A DNA stretch of 62,945 nt, the filler included, from Octopus bimaculoides (Eukaryota), in NCBI RefSeq assembly GCF_001194135.2. It is 5 parts of 5 records of this genome, joined end to end, with 100 filler letters (N's around TTAATTAATTAA, not from the genome) between each part and the next. Parts side by side here need not be neighbours in the genome. Positions count along the whole stretch, not along the records: positions 1 to 25,449 come from NC_069002.1; 4 more parts are not named here. One strand, given 5' to 3'. The first letter of the stretch is position 1, and each line of letters begins with the position of its first letter. A program made the translations under genes and the position numbers. Under the pieces are notes generated by a model, which was given only the letters and a program-made list of their open reading frames with translations, did not search any database and was not told where the DNA came from. Shown piece by piece: positions 1 to 12,968 of this stretch.

Positions 1-43
<43 letters not shown>

Positions 44-44
<1 letters not shown>

Positions 45-236
45 CGAGAATTTACAAAAAAACAAAAGACAAAGACGGGTGTGTAAGCAACAAATAGATG
101 TATTAGTTTAACGCTTGGGGAGTGAGAAAGTCTTTTAAGTTTCGAGCCTACACTCTTCGACAGAAAGGAACACAGAAATAAACATGGAGAGAAAAATAGA
201 AAAAGGTTTAGTGGCTAGCGATCTATCATGCTGAAT
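44..236 (-). mobile_element. Penelope-type retroelement terminal fragment
   Basis: The minus strand contains CTTTCTGTCGAAGAGTGTAGGCTCGAAACTTAAAAGACTTT, homologous to 42444-42625. The GAAGAG..CTCGAAAC signature resembles Penelope-like element termini, and the fragment abuts a (TA)n run. Confidence 0.6.
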
Positions 237-1539
237 ATATATACATATATATACAATATTATATATCAGCAAAAGATATGTCCCTCAGAAAGAAATTACT
301 AATAAACTGGTATTATCAAACTAAAAATACCTAGTGGTAATTTACAATGCCCCAATTGTACAGAAACAATTCCTTGTCACCCATGCTTATAGGAACAGAC
401 AAATGAGCCAACGGTTGGCCAGTTTATAAAAATCTATAACCAATGAAGACAGAGTTTGTCAAACAGAAAACAAGAAAAGAAATGCAAGCTGAAGTAAGCA
501 AATTACATTGAAATAAATATAACAACAAAGAATAGAATTTAAAATCATAATTACGATTATAAAAAAGAAAACAATAATAATAATAATAATAATCAGGAAA
601 CAGCATGAGGTATTTGGTACATTAAAAAGGTTTTGAAGCTTGACATACAAATTATAGATATAATACGATGTGATAGAACATTCTATGGGTTTGACTTGTG
701 TGTATTTTCTTGTTTTATTCTGCTTTGATATATTTAAATTGCTTTTTTTTCTATTTAATTATTATCCTATTTTTTTTTTATTATTTCCTCTCTTTTTTTT
801 TTTTGAGGTTTCTTTTAGTTAAAAAAAAATGAAATTGAAAATTGATTCTATTAATCTTATGGTCTGATGGATATTACTCATTATTTTGCTTTGTTTTGAG
901 TTCGTTTTTTTTTTTTTTTTATACTCTTTCAGATTTCATATAGTTTTATGGAAATACTAAAGAAAACGTCTTGGAAAATATGAAAAACAGATTATGGGCT
1001 ACAATAAAAAAAATAAGTTGTTTTTTTTTTTTGTTTAAACATAAATTACTACTAAAACATATTTATTTATTTTAAACATGGGTTAATGACTTTTCTTATT
1101 ATGTATTTATTTATTTTTTTGTCATAAAACATGTTTTGAATTTTAAAAGCTTTGACACAGTTTTCCAGATATTTCTAACAAAACTGATGAAAAGAAAAAT
1201 ATAATAATTTACAATGAAAATATAAATGTATTAAATAATAAAGCTTAAAAATTTCTGTAAAATACAAAGGATTTTCTTCCGGTTTTAAATAATGAAAATC
1301 ATAAGACGAAGGACAAAAAATAAAGGAACGTATATATACACACATACATACACACAATATCGAACAGTACTGGAGTTCTCACAACCAGATACTTCTATCA
1401 GACTTACTTCAGGCATAAAAGTGAGTAACCAGTAAAGTAGCCAGTACTAATATATAAGATATATTCATTCTACAAGATATTTTGTGAGTGAAGTCAAATA
1501 GGTATACTTGGAAATGTAACCTCATAATATAGACAGTAT

Positions 1540-1589
1540 AAGGCAGTGAGCTGGCAGAATCATTAGCATGCTGGGCGAAATGCTTAGCT
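1540..1589 (+). mobile_element. SINE family B 5' head fragment
   Basis: AAGGCAGTGAGCTGGCAGAATCATTAGCATGCTGGGCGAAATGCTTAG matches the heads at 20558 and about 7050. Confidence 0.7.
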
Positions 1590-2322
1590 TATGAAAATGA
1601 TTAACTGGACCATTCTTTTTTGATGTTACAGTGGTTGGTCCCATTTACTTGAACTTGCTGTGATAATCTATCTTGACAAGCATTCAAGAGGACATGTGGA
1701 ATTTTATTTCCTGCAAAATTCAGTATCTTTGCACTACCATAGTAATGTAAGGACCAACCTTCATGAGATTTTGCTAGACAGACAGACTGGAGGAAGAGGT
1801 TTAGTAGAACACCCTCCATGATCACTTGACCACACACTATAAGACTTTTTTTTTTTTTATGGTACAAAACTGAAAACAGTTGACAAATTGAAGGCAGCCA
1901 TTGAATGAGAAATGCGCAGAAATACTGAACAAAATGTTTCTTGATGTTTACCATTCTACTGCTTCACATTATCAACACTGCCTGGAACAATCTGATAACC
2001 AAAACACTCAGCAGTTTGAAAACCGGTATTGATAAAAAAAAAAAATTAAAATTCTGTCATTATTCTATTAAATTTTGAAATTAATAAACACTGACTTTAT
2101 AATCAAGCAACATGTATATACAATTTTCGACACCTTTACACACACACACACACACACATGTGCATATACATACACATATATAGCTGGAAGGACACATACA
2201 AAATGTAAAAGTGAATACTTACCACCTCCTGGAAGCAATTGGAAATATAAAAGAAAATTATTTTAAAATTTGATATTCAAAATAATTTAAAAATCATAGT
2301 GTGTATGTGTGTGTGTGTGTGC

Positions 2323-2365
<43 letters not shown>

Positions 2366-3305
2366 TCAGTAAATAGTGGGGTTGTGTTAACTGCACGTGG
2401 AGAAATAATAGGAAAATGAAGAATAAGGCAGAATGCTAAACTGGAAGCATATTTTNNNNNNNNNNNNNNNNNNNNNNNNNNNNNNNNNNNNNNNNNNNNN
2501 NNNNNNNNNNNNNNNNNNNNNNNNNNNNNNNNNNNNNNNNNNNNNNNNNNNNNNNNNNNNNNNNNNNNNNNNNNNNNNNNNNNNNNNNNNNNNNNNNNNN
2601 NNNNNNNNNNNNNNNNNNNNNNNNNNNNNNNNNNNNNNNNNNNNNNNNNNNNNNNNNNNNNNNNNNNNNNNNNNNNNNNNNNNNNNNNNNNNNNNNNNNN
2701 NNNNNNNNNNNNNNNNNNNNNNNNNNNNNNNNNNNNNNNNNNNNNNNNNNNNNNNNNNNNNNNNNNNNNNNNNNNNNNNNNNNNNNNNNNNNNNNNNNNN
2801 NNNNNNNNNNNNNNNNNNNNNNNNNNNNNNNNNNNNNNNNNNNNNNNNNNNNNNNNNNNNNNNNNNNNNNNNNNNNNNNNNNNNNNNNNNNNNNNNNNNN
2901 NNNNNNNNNNNNNNNNNNNNNNNNNNNNNAAAAGATTCTCCTTGTTGATTCTTTCTTGTGTGGAGATTCTGTCTTTACATTGATAGAAAGGGAATATAAG
3001 GAATTTAGGGTTTTAGAATTTATTTTTTTATATATTATTTTTTTTATATATTATTTTCTTTATTTTGTACTTCTTTGTAAAAAAAAAAATGTAGTACAAC
3101 GGTTTTGCTATGGAATGGCGAAACTACTTTTTCGTTTTCTGAAAAAGCAACGTTTTGGACTTACAACACTTTTGCATAATAGTAACGATAAATATTTGTG
3201 TGTGTGTGTGTGTGTGTGTGTGTATACATACGTGCACAAACATACCATGCATACATACATTCACATATGTATGTGTGTGTATATACACATATATATGTTT
3301 ATTTA

Positions 3306-3455
3306 GCGGGATCGTTGCCGGTGCCCCTGGATTGGCTCCTGTGCGGGCGACACATGAAATCTTCCGAGCGGGATCGTTGTCGGTGCCCCTGGGCTGGCTC
3401 TTGTGCGGGTGACACATGAGGGTTTTCGAGCGAGATCGTTGCCAGTGCCCCTGGA
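3306..3455. repeat. GC-rich 62-bp tandem repeat, at least 2.4 units, running into a gap
   Basis: Units start GCGGGATCGTTG at 3306 and 3368, and GCGAGATCGTTG at 3430. Confidence 0.9.
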
Positions 3456-4723
3456 NNNNNNNNNNNNNNNNNNNNNNNNNNNNNNNNNNNNNNNNNNNNN
3501 NNNNNNNNNNNNNNNNNNNNNNNNNNNNNNNNNNNNNNNNNNNNNNNNNNNNNNNNNNNNNNNNNNNNNNNNNNNNNNNNNNNNNNNNNNNNNNNNNNNN
3601 NNNNNNNNNNNNNNNNNNNNNNNNNNNNNNNNNNNNNNNNNNNNNNNNNNNNNNNNNNNNNNNNNNNNNNNNNNNNNNNNNNNNNNNNNNNNNNNNNNNN
3701 NNNNNNNNNNNNNNNNNNNNNNNNNNNNNNNNNNNNNNNNNNNNNNNNNNNNNNNNNNNNNNNNNNNNNNNNNNNNNNNNNNNNNNNNNNNNNNNNNNNN
3801 NNNNNNNNNNNNNNNNNNNNNNNNNNNNNNNNNNNNNNNNNNNNNNNNNNNNNNNNNNNTATATATATATATATATATATATGTAAATATTTATAGATAT
3901 ATATATATTTATATAAATACATCTTTAAATATACATATATATTTATATAAATATATGATAAATATGTACTTACACAGACATGTTTATATTAAAAGAAAAC
4001 TTAAAAGTCAAAAAAATACATACAAAATTTCCTCTTTTAAAACAAAAATTAAGGCAAAAAAAAAACATAAAGAACTACAAAATCCATAAAAAGCTCAAAA
4101 TAGCTTAGTTATCACGTGATTTATACATTAATCTCAATTTAGTAATTTTTTTTTATCTGATTATAGCAATGATTATACTTTGTACTAAATTTCAGAGTAA
4201 GAAACTGTAAGGTAGAAATGAAAGATAATGTAATATAAGAGATTAAAGATTACCACTAATAGGATAATTAGATGAACCAATTGGCAGCTTAAAAAAAAAA
4301 AAGATTAGACTATTTCCATTGTAAGAAGTTCTATATGAAAGTACATTACACAAGAGGGAGCCTCTATGTGGTTGCTCAGGATGCTGAAAACAGCAGCCAA
4401 GTTCTTGCACATCATACTGTCTTTAACCTGTTAGCATTCAAACTGGCCATATCCAGCTCAAATACTCTAAATGTTTTATGTTCAAACTGGCCAGATCAGG
4501 CCTCTCGTGCCTGTGCTACAATGTCTTTCTAGCAGTAGACAATCCCATCATTTGAAATCTCAAAGCTATGAGATGATGCATGAGTAAATTCAAAGCAATA
4601 TTAATAAATAAAATAAGTAATACGTTTGACAGAAAAATCTGAATGCTAAACGGTTCGAAATAAAATAAAAAGGAGAGAGAAAAATAAAGGACATCTTGTA
4701 CAATATAATCTTAGATGTATATA

Positions 4724-5134
4724 GGCGCATGAGTGGCTGTGTGGTAAGTAGCTTGCTTACCAACCACATGGTTATGGGTTCTATCCCACTGCGTGGCACC
4801 TTGGGCAAGTGTCTTCTACTATAGCCTCGGGGCGACCAAAGCCTTGCGAGTGGATTTGGTTGACGGAAACTGAAAGAAGCCCATCGTATATATGTATATA
4901 TATATATATATGTATGTGTGTGTATATGTTTGTGTGTCTGTTTGTCCCCCCCGCCAACATCGCTTGACAACCGATGGTGGTGTGTTTGCGTCCCCGTAAC
5001 TTAGCGGTTCGGCAAAAAGAGACCGATAGAATAAGTACTAGGCTTACAAAGAATAAGTCCTGGGGTCGATTTGCTCTACTAAAAGGCGGTGCTCCAGCAT
5101 GGCCACAGTCAAATGACTGAAACAAGTAAAAGAG
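4724..5134 (+). mobile_element. tRNA-type SINE family A, full length, with internal TA/TG microsatellite
   Basis: Head GGCGCATGAGTGGCTGTGTGGTAAG...GGTTCTATCCC (A/B-box-like), internal microsatellite, and body ending GGTGCTCCAGCATGGCCACAGTCAAATGACTGAAACAAGTAAAAGAG. Many copies in the window. Confidence 0.85.
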
Positions 5135-5604
5135 TATACAAAAAGATGGAAAGGTCAAGCTGGAATATCTTTTATTAGAGGTATGCTTGATCAGGACTGA
5201 CCCAGGGCTAAAACCCACCACCACCACCACCACCACTACTACTATTACCAGCAACATCAACAACATTATGTGGACGGCAACATAATAAACATCAAAATAA
5301 GCTCATAATACAAGGTTATTATCACAGCAGAATATTTACAATATTTCTGAAATTGGGAAGTTAGATAAGATAATAGACATGTTTATGTGCTAATAAGCAT
5401 ATCTTTCTAAAGAGGGCAATAGGCATAGCTGTGTGATTAAGATGTTTGCTTTTGCAGCCACATGGTTCCAGATTCCAGGTTCCAAATTCTGATGCCAATG
5501 TGTGGTGGGGCAGCACATTTGGTGAGGGTCTTCTACCACAGATTTGGGATGACTGCTGTGTGTTCAGAAACTGATGAACAGAATCTGTGCAGAAATCAGT
5601 TACA

Positions 5605-5675
5605 CATACATACATACATATATACACACATACATATATACATACACACACACACACACACATACATCACTTTCT

Positions 5676-5718
<43 letters not shown>

Positions 5719-5775
5719 AACAAACATAAAACATATACATATACACACACACACACATATACACAAATATACACA

Positions 5776-5829
<54 letters not shown>

Positions 5830-5880
5830 TACATTCACACATATACGTACACACGTATATAAACATACACATAGACACAT
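5605..5880. repeat. Compound CA/TA microsatellite
   Basis: Seen directly; source of the spurious HTHT/YIYI ORFs. Confidence 0.95.
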
Positions 5881-6632
5881 ATATGGCTGAAATACTTCAA
5901 TCTTCAGACATCATCCAAGCATTTAGTAGACTAAAACTCTCTCCAGCTCTGGTTAGAAGGGTCCACACGAGTGTAAAGGGATCCATAGGTTAAAAAAAAC
6001 GGTAGAGAACCACTGACACAGAGTCCAAAAATCCTTAAACCTCGTTGTAATATATACTCCAAAACAAGACCCAGCCATTGTCTCACTCTGCAAGACTCTG
6101 AACATGTTCCATTCCACATTTACTAACATCTAATAGTCACAATAGGAAGTAAAATATATTCAACTACAAAACAACCATTCCAACAATAATGACCAAAAAA
6201 ATATATATATACAAAGCTGTTTTTTTTTATATTTTCCATGAAAATAATAATAAAAAAATAATAATATTTGTTATTGACTAATAAGGTTCATTCTTTTCCT
6301 TCTCTTTTGTTTTTTTGCCGCATAATTATTTTCTAGTTAGATTTTTTTTTTAATGCACCATGAATTAAATATGTTAACACTAACTTGTCTATTGTTTTAC
6401 ATGCGGATAGTGTCATTGATTTATTTAATTTCTAAACAATACTATTTCCCTATGCCAACAAATAGACTAGCTCGGACATTTGGTAATTTAAAAAAAAATT
6501 GCTTTTCCGATCACTAATAGGTGCAGGCATGGCTGTGTATTGACAAGTTGGCTTCCAAACCACATTGTTCTGAGTTCAGTTCCACTGTGTGGAACCACAG
6601 GGCAGGTGTCTTCTACTATCCTTTTCTACTCT

Positions 6633-7052
6633 AGGCACAAGGCCCGAAATTTTTAGGGAGATGGGGGAAGTCGATTAGGTCGACCCCAGGACTCAACTGG
6701 TATTTAATTTATTGACCTCGAAAAGATGAAAGGCAAAGTCGACCTCAGCAGAATTTGAACTCAGAACATAAAGACAGACGAAATACCACTAAGCATTTCA
6801 CCTGGCGTGCTAACGTTTCTTATTTCTTTTATTGCCCACAAGGGGCCAAACACAGAGGGGACAAACAAGGACAGACAAAGGGATTAAGTCGATCACATCG
6901 ACACCAGTGCGTAACTGGTACTTAATTTATCAACTCCGAAATGATAAAAGGCAAAGTCGACCTCGGCGGAATTTGAACTCAGAACGTAGCGGCAGACGAA
7001 ATACCGCTAAGCATTTCACCCGGCATGCTAACGATTCTGCCAGCTCTCCGCA
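6633..7052 (-). mobile_element. Tandem dimer of SINE family B
   Basis: Two copies of GAAAGGCAAAGTCGACCTC.GC.GAATTTGAACTCAGAAC joined at about 6818. Confidence 0.85.
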
Positions 7053-7790
7053 AGCTTCTTACCACACAGCTACCCCTGCGAATTGTTTATCTCTTACTGC
7101 ATAATTATTTCCAGTTAACTTCTTAATTGCTCCTTACGTTAAATGTGTAAATACTAACTTAACTATACGCCTCTCTGTCAAACTGTCTCTCTCTGTGTCC
7201 GTGTGTGTCTCACATCACACGCCTATTTTTATCCTAAAATATACAAGCTAAAAGAGTTAACGAATGGTAATGTGAGAACGGAATCTAATTGATAAAATTC
7301 TGTTACTCCTTTAAATGCAAAAACTTATTTGGCACTTTTAGCCTTCCGGAAATAACTTGGAACCAGAGTTTAATGAGCTTAACAAACCGAATCTTCCGCA
7401 GAAACACATTTAATGAATTTGGTTTGGAATTCTCAATGGGAAAATTAAGTTTCGGTTGTTGTTTAACCCCAAATCTTCCTTGATCTTGCAAAATTATAAT
7501 CAAATACATTCTAGCAATGACCATCACACTGTTTTCAGGAATATCTAGGACTACATTGGGTAGGTGTGATTTAGTGACAAATTGGCAGCTATTTCTAGTA
7601 GACTGAGTAACCACATATAGCTTCCTACATTCTGCAATGAGTGATAAAGTTCAACGGCTGTCAAAACTATGACCAATTCCATGTTTCTGAAGTATACAAG
7701 ACTGTATTACCCATGGCAGTGCTACACATAAAAAGTAGCCATGCTGGCGCCACATAAAAAAGCACCCATGCTTGAGGGAGATTCTACTGC

Positions 7791-8148
7791 TATTTCTTAT
7801 TTCGTTATTGCCCACAAGGGGCTAAACATAGAGGGAACAAACAACTATAGACAACGGGATTAAGTTGATTACATCGACTCCAGTGCGTAACTAATACTTA
7901 ATTTATCGACCCCGAAAAGATGAAAGGCAAAGTCGACCTCAGCGGAATTTGAACTCACAACATAGCAGCAGACGAAATACCGCTAAGCATTTCGCCCGGC
8001 ATAATAACGTTTCTTATTTCTTTATTGCCCACAAGGGGCTAAACACAGAGGGGACAAACAAGGACAGACAAAGGGATTAAGTCAATTACATCGACCCCAG
8101 TGCTAAGTATTTCGCCTGGCATGATAACGTTTCTGCCAACTCACCTGC
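7791..8148 (-). mobile_element. Tandem dimer of SINE family B (upstream copy internally deleted)
   Basis: Two tails TTATTGCCCACAAGGGGCTAAAC; junction at about 8013. Confidence 0.85.
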
Positions 8149-9439
8149 TATTTCTAGCATGCTGCATGACTATGGAGAGGATTCCTCATTGCAAAGCCCA
8201 ACTGCAGTGAATCACTGAATCAATAACAAAACTTTGTGGTGAATGTCTTTACATTCAATAAATAACAGTTCTGCCACAGAAACATTTTCTGCTCTAAAAA
8301 CTCATTTAGTAGATAAATGAAAGTAACACATACTTTATAAACCTTTTGATACTAATACACCTGAGACTATCACTTGAATTTCTATGGTATAAAGCTTTTA
8401 ATTTTAAGTATATAAGAGAATCTTTGGTCAAGTTAGGTTTCAAATGCCAATTCTGGTTTTAAATAAATCATCATTCTTTTTAATGTCCACTTTTCCATTC
8501 TTGCACGGGTCACACAGAGTTCATCAAGACAGATTTTCTATGGCTAGATGCCATTTTTATTGCCAACTTTCACCTGTTTCCAAATATTTCCCTATAGACA
8601 GACAGAATATTGGAAATAAATGACACTGCTTGTATGACAGTGACATTCATTTACAACTATTACATATTGTCAAGATAAGGGAACATAAATATACACACAC
8701 ACATGCACACACATACACATGAGAGGCATCTTTCAGTTTCCATCTAAAAAATCTACTGGCAAAACTTTTCTCACCTTAGAACTATAGTAGAAGATACTTG
8801 CCTAAGGTGCCATGCAGTGGGGCTGATCCCAAGACTACATTGATGGGGAAGCAGACTCCTTAGTCATACAGCCATACTTGTGTCTACACATTAACCAGCC
8901 CACTTAAGACCACCACTTCTGGTTCTACAATGTAAAACTTCTCATTTTAAAGAGTTTTCATTTAAATCTTTTGTCCAGGTTACATTCCAAACACCAATTT
9001 ATGGTTTTCAATACAAAACCTCTAATTTTAAGAGGGTGTTTATATTTAAATTAAAACCCTACTGTCATAATGTTTTTGCGAAAAAAAAAAACACTTTAAG
9101 ATATGTTCCAAACACCACCCCTGGTGTTTTCAAGAAAATCTAATTCCAAGTCGGCGCTTGCCATACATTTAATTTAAAACCCTTCAATCTTAATTATATG
9201 CATAAACCTTTGCGAATTATATTTCAAACAGCAACTAATAAAGAAAAAATAATATTCTAATAAATCCATCAAGATCGTTGATTATTTTCAAAACTAATTA
9301 AACACACCACCAAAATATTTCATTAGAAATATTGCCACAAAAGGGTTAAATATTTTAAATCCTTTTGTCAAGGAAGAAGTAATTTTATTGGCAAGCCAGT
9401 TACTACTTCACATATTCCTTCATCTTCTTCAACCATTAC

Positions 9440-9800
9440 GGTACATTTAAATCTTGGGTATTAGACTTAATTCTTAGGTTGCAGGCTTCATTCTTCAGTG
9501 GCACATTTAATTCCTGGTTTTCACATTTAATTCTTGGGTCACAGGCTTAATTCTTGGATGGCAGGCTTAATTCTTGGGTTCCATACTTAATTCTTGGATA
9601 GCAGACTTAATTCTTTGATGGAAGACTTAAATCTTTGGTTGGTAGACTTAATTTTAGGGTGGCAGACTTAATTCTAAGGCAACAGATTTAATTCTTTAGA
9701 GATTGAATTCTTGGGTGAGATACTTCATTCTAAGGCAATAGAATTCCTTCTTGGGCTGGAGACATAATTTTGGGGTGGCAGACTTAATTCTTAGTTACAC
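9440..9800. repeat. Degenerate 20-bp minisatellite (about 18 units, consensus about GGCAGACTTAATTCTTGGGT)
   Basis: The (C/T)TTAATTCTT core recurs at 9466, 9486, 9506, 9526, 9546, 9566, 9586, 9606, 9626, 9647, 9667, 9687 and beyond. Confidence 0.9.
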
Positions 9801-10564
9801 AGGTAAACCTTTTCATAATTATCATTGTAAAATAAAATACAGCGTGAATCCTGGAGCAAGGCACCCCCACCCCCACCCCCACAAGCACTGGTATGATGAT
9901 AAAGAGCATTTTGTGAAGTGATGATTGAATAGATGCAGACATCATAGAGTCAAGAGGTTTTTTAGTATTGTCTTAGCAGGAACATGGAAACATCTTCAGT
10001 GCTGGTACCATGAGAAACTGTGCCCAGAACACTCTGAAGATGTTGGTAAATGCACAGAGACATTCAGGAAGACCCTTTGGTCTTATCCCATTGAGAACGT
10101 GACAACATGTCTAGTGCTGGTGCCATGAAAATATAAATACATCCAACACATTCTGTCTGTAAAGTGGCTGGTACTTGGAAGGGCATTCAGCAGTAGAGTC
10201 TATGGCAAATAAAAACAGACAAGAATCATGGGCGATCCCTTGTCCATATCTAGGAGAGCTGTGACACAAACAAGAACTGCCTTGGACAGTGATGGCTTGT
10301 CTAACTTATGCTAGCATGGAAGGTAGACATACAATGATGATGATGATGATGATGGTGATGATGAAGAACCAGTAACTTGTTCATTGGAAACCTTTAACAA
10401 ACAACAACGTTGTTCACAACGGAGATATAAAACAAATAAATTAATTAATTAACAAAGCACTCTTCAATTATACAGCACTTTTGCTACTCACATGTGAGAG
10501 CTATACCTATTTATTTGCAGATTTACTTATTTACTTATAAGCAAAGTAAACCAACAAAATAACG

Positions 10565-10598
<34 letters not shown>

Positions 10599-12902
10599 CA
10601 TTGTCTATGAACATAATGCAGCACTGGCCAAGTAATTTTATACAAAAAAAAAATCGACTTTGACCAGCTATGACCCTGCTGTATGAATAAATTTTGAAAT
10701 TCTTGAACTCCAACGGCTGGTTGCCAAAATCTGGGAAGTCTAAGTTGGTATCACTGTAGAGCTCCAGAGAGCTGATTTACCTCCATCAATTTTTTATATC
10801 GAAATAAAAAGCAAAAGAAGTCCTCTTTGTGACTCCATCTTTTTCAATACTCATCGAGTTATAGTGCTTCATTGCACCGAACAAGAATGAGTGTTACCAT
10901 TCAGTAGTCAAAAACAAAAGTGGGACAAATGTTGTGAATGGGTGGAAATACACTGGTAACTGAAGGGACCTAGAATGATATGTAAGCGTCAGATTTTGAT
11001 TAAAAGCATATGAGAAGAAAGTTCACATTTAGAACTTTCAAATGATATATAATTGTCCCTGGAGAAAATGTATTTTTAAATGAAAATGATCAAGCAAAAA
11101 GTGGGTTTCTATGCGGTCAACCCATGTGTGTTGTACCTAATACAGAGCTCTACAAGAATGCATATTAAACTTACAGAGAGGGTTCAGTTTTATAACCAGT
11201 ATCAGCATATCAAAACTGAGCCCCTTACAGATAACGGATCACAAAATAGCCAAGTCTGAAAATGCATGAAAAGGGATGAAACAAATCATAAATTTTCAAA
11301 AATTTTTTTTCACTAAAAGCTTCTCCCCATCATTTTCAAGGGTGTGGAGAAAAAAAGATTGGAAAAATCCCTGTCAAAACAGAGAAACTCTAACTTCTGT
11401 GGGCATTCTGATCTAAAACTCTACCATTTAATTGGTTATAGCTATTTTCAAAAGTCCATTAAAATTTTATTGACATGGTATCATGTCCCAAAATCTTAGA
11501 ATTTATTTAGTTCTATACCTACAACAAATGTGCCAAAACTCAAGTCACTGTGGCTTGTGCTTTTGGATTTAGCTAGGTCTGAAAATATGTGCAAAGTTTA
11601 CACTTGTGTCATGAAATCAACCATTTGTTACATGCAACAAAATAGGTTTTACATAGATATTTAAAAAATTGCTAAAAAAAAAGTTTTATTTTCAAGATCC
11701 TGAAAACAGAAAGCCAACGGCTATCCAATGGACACAATTAATTTGTGTAATTTGAAAATGATTATCACCTCAGTTTCAAAGATATAACATCACACATATG
11801 GCTAATTATTCATTTAGGCCTAATTAGACAAGATTTCAACCAATTCGTTGACCATTCACAATGTCATATTTCATCCAAATTTTACAAACGAATTATCAAA
11901 ATGTTTCTTTTTGGATGTTCTCCAATAAAAAGTACAATAGAAGTTGGATTCAAATGTTTTCAAAAATTCATAGTGATACCTAATCTAACAACAAATAATT
12001 TGAAAATTATTGTCTCAAACCAGATAATCAAATTGAAAGTCAATGCATATCAGTTTGAATACAGATTTTATGAGTAACTCAAGCAAAATATTGCTGGTTA
12101 TAGCGAAAATGTAATAAATATTGATTTCTTTCACATGCACATGACCACAAATTTGGTGAGGGAATAGGAATGGTTGATTGTAAGGACCCAACATTAAATT
12201 GGTACTGTATTTTTTTTTTATTGATTCCATAGTAACAAAGGGCAAAACTGATCAAAGCTGGGTTTGAACTCAGAATGGGAAGGTCCATAACTAAATACCA
12301 AGAGGCATTCTGTCTGACTCCCTAAAAATTCTGCCAATCCATAAATTAATATTACAAGACACAGGCATGGCTGTATGGGGAAGAAGATTTCCTCCCAACC
12401 ATAGGGTTATGGGTTCTGAGATGCCAAGCAGTGGGATTGAACTTGGAATGATGTGGCTGAAAAGCAAGCTCCTCATCACACACCCATACCTGCATCTATG
12501 ACAGTTACACCTGCATCTACACAACATGCATAATATATACTGAATATAACATACTTCTATGTATAGGGTCATTTGGCCTGCTGGAAATAGCAGCCAAATT
12601 TCCCTGAAATTACTCTTTATCATCATTTAAAAAAAAGAATGATTGAATAATGTAGTCCAAGGTGTACTATATTAAAAAAAAAAAAAAATGGTTAAGGCTA
12701 AAATGCTTTTGGTCATATATCTGCTCAAAGTACATTTGGAGCCAAACATCAACAATTATCTCTAATTAGATAAAGAGCAATGATAGAATCCAACACCATT
12801 CACATTTAGAAATGGAATATTGTTCTTTTTAAACATAAACTCTTTTTGTTTTTAATCTTTTTCTACTTGCTGAGTCTGGAGAAAGGGCAGCGGAGTGCAG
12901 TG

Positions 12903-12968
12903 CCCTTGTCCTTGTCCTTCACCAATGCAGTGGCCTTGGCCTTCACCAATGCAGTGGCCTTGGCCTTT
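12903..12968. repeat. 24-bp tandem duplication CCTTCACCAATGCAGTGGCCTTGG with hexamer sub-repeats
   Basis: Seen directly at 12917-12964. Confidence 0.85.

Noticed and set aside
1601-1954. 117-aa minus ORF
   Set aside because: No recognisable motif; spans a T/A homopolymer.
7303-7614. 103-aa non-repetitive minus ORF (GTG start)
   Set aside because: No recognisable domain and no convincing paired splice sites; the length is within chance expectation.
3306-9800. CRISPR-like arrays suggested by the 62-bp and 20-bp periodicities
   Set aside because: There are no unique spacers between conserved repeats and no cas genes, and the context is eukaryotic.
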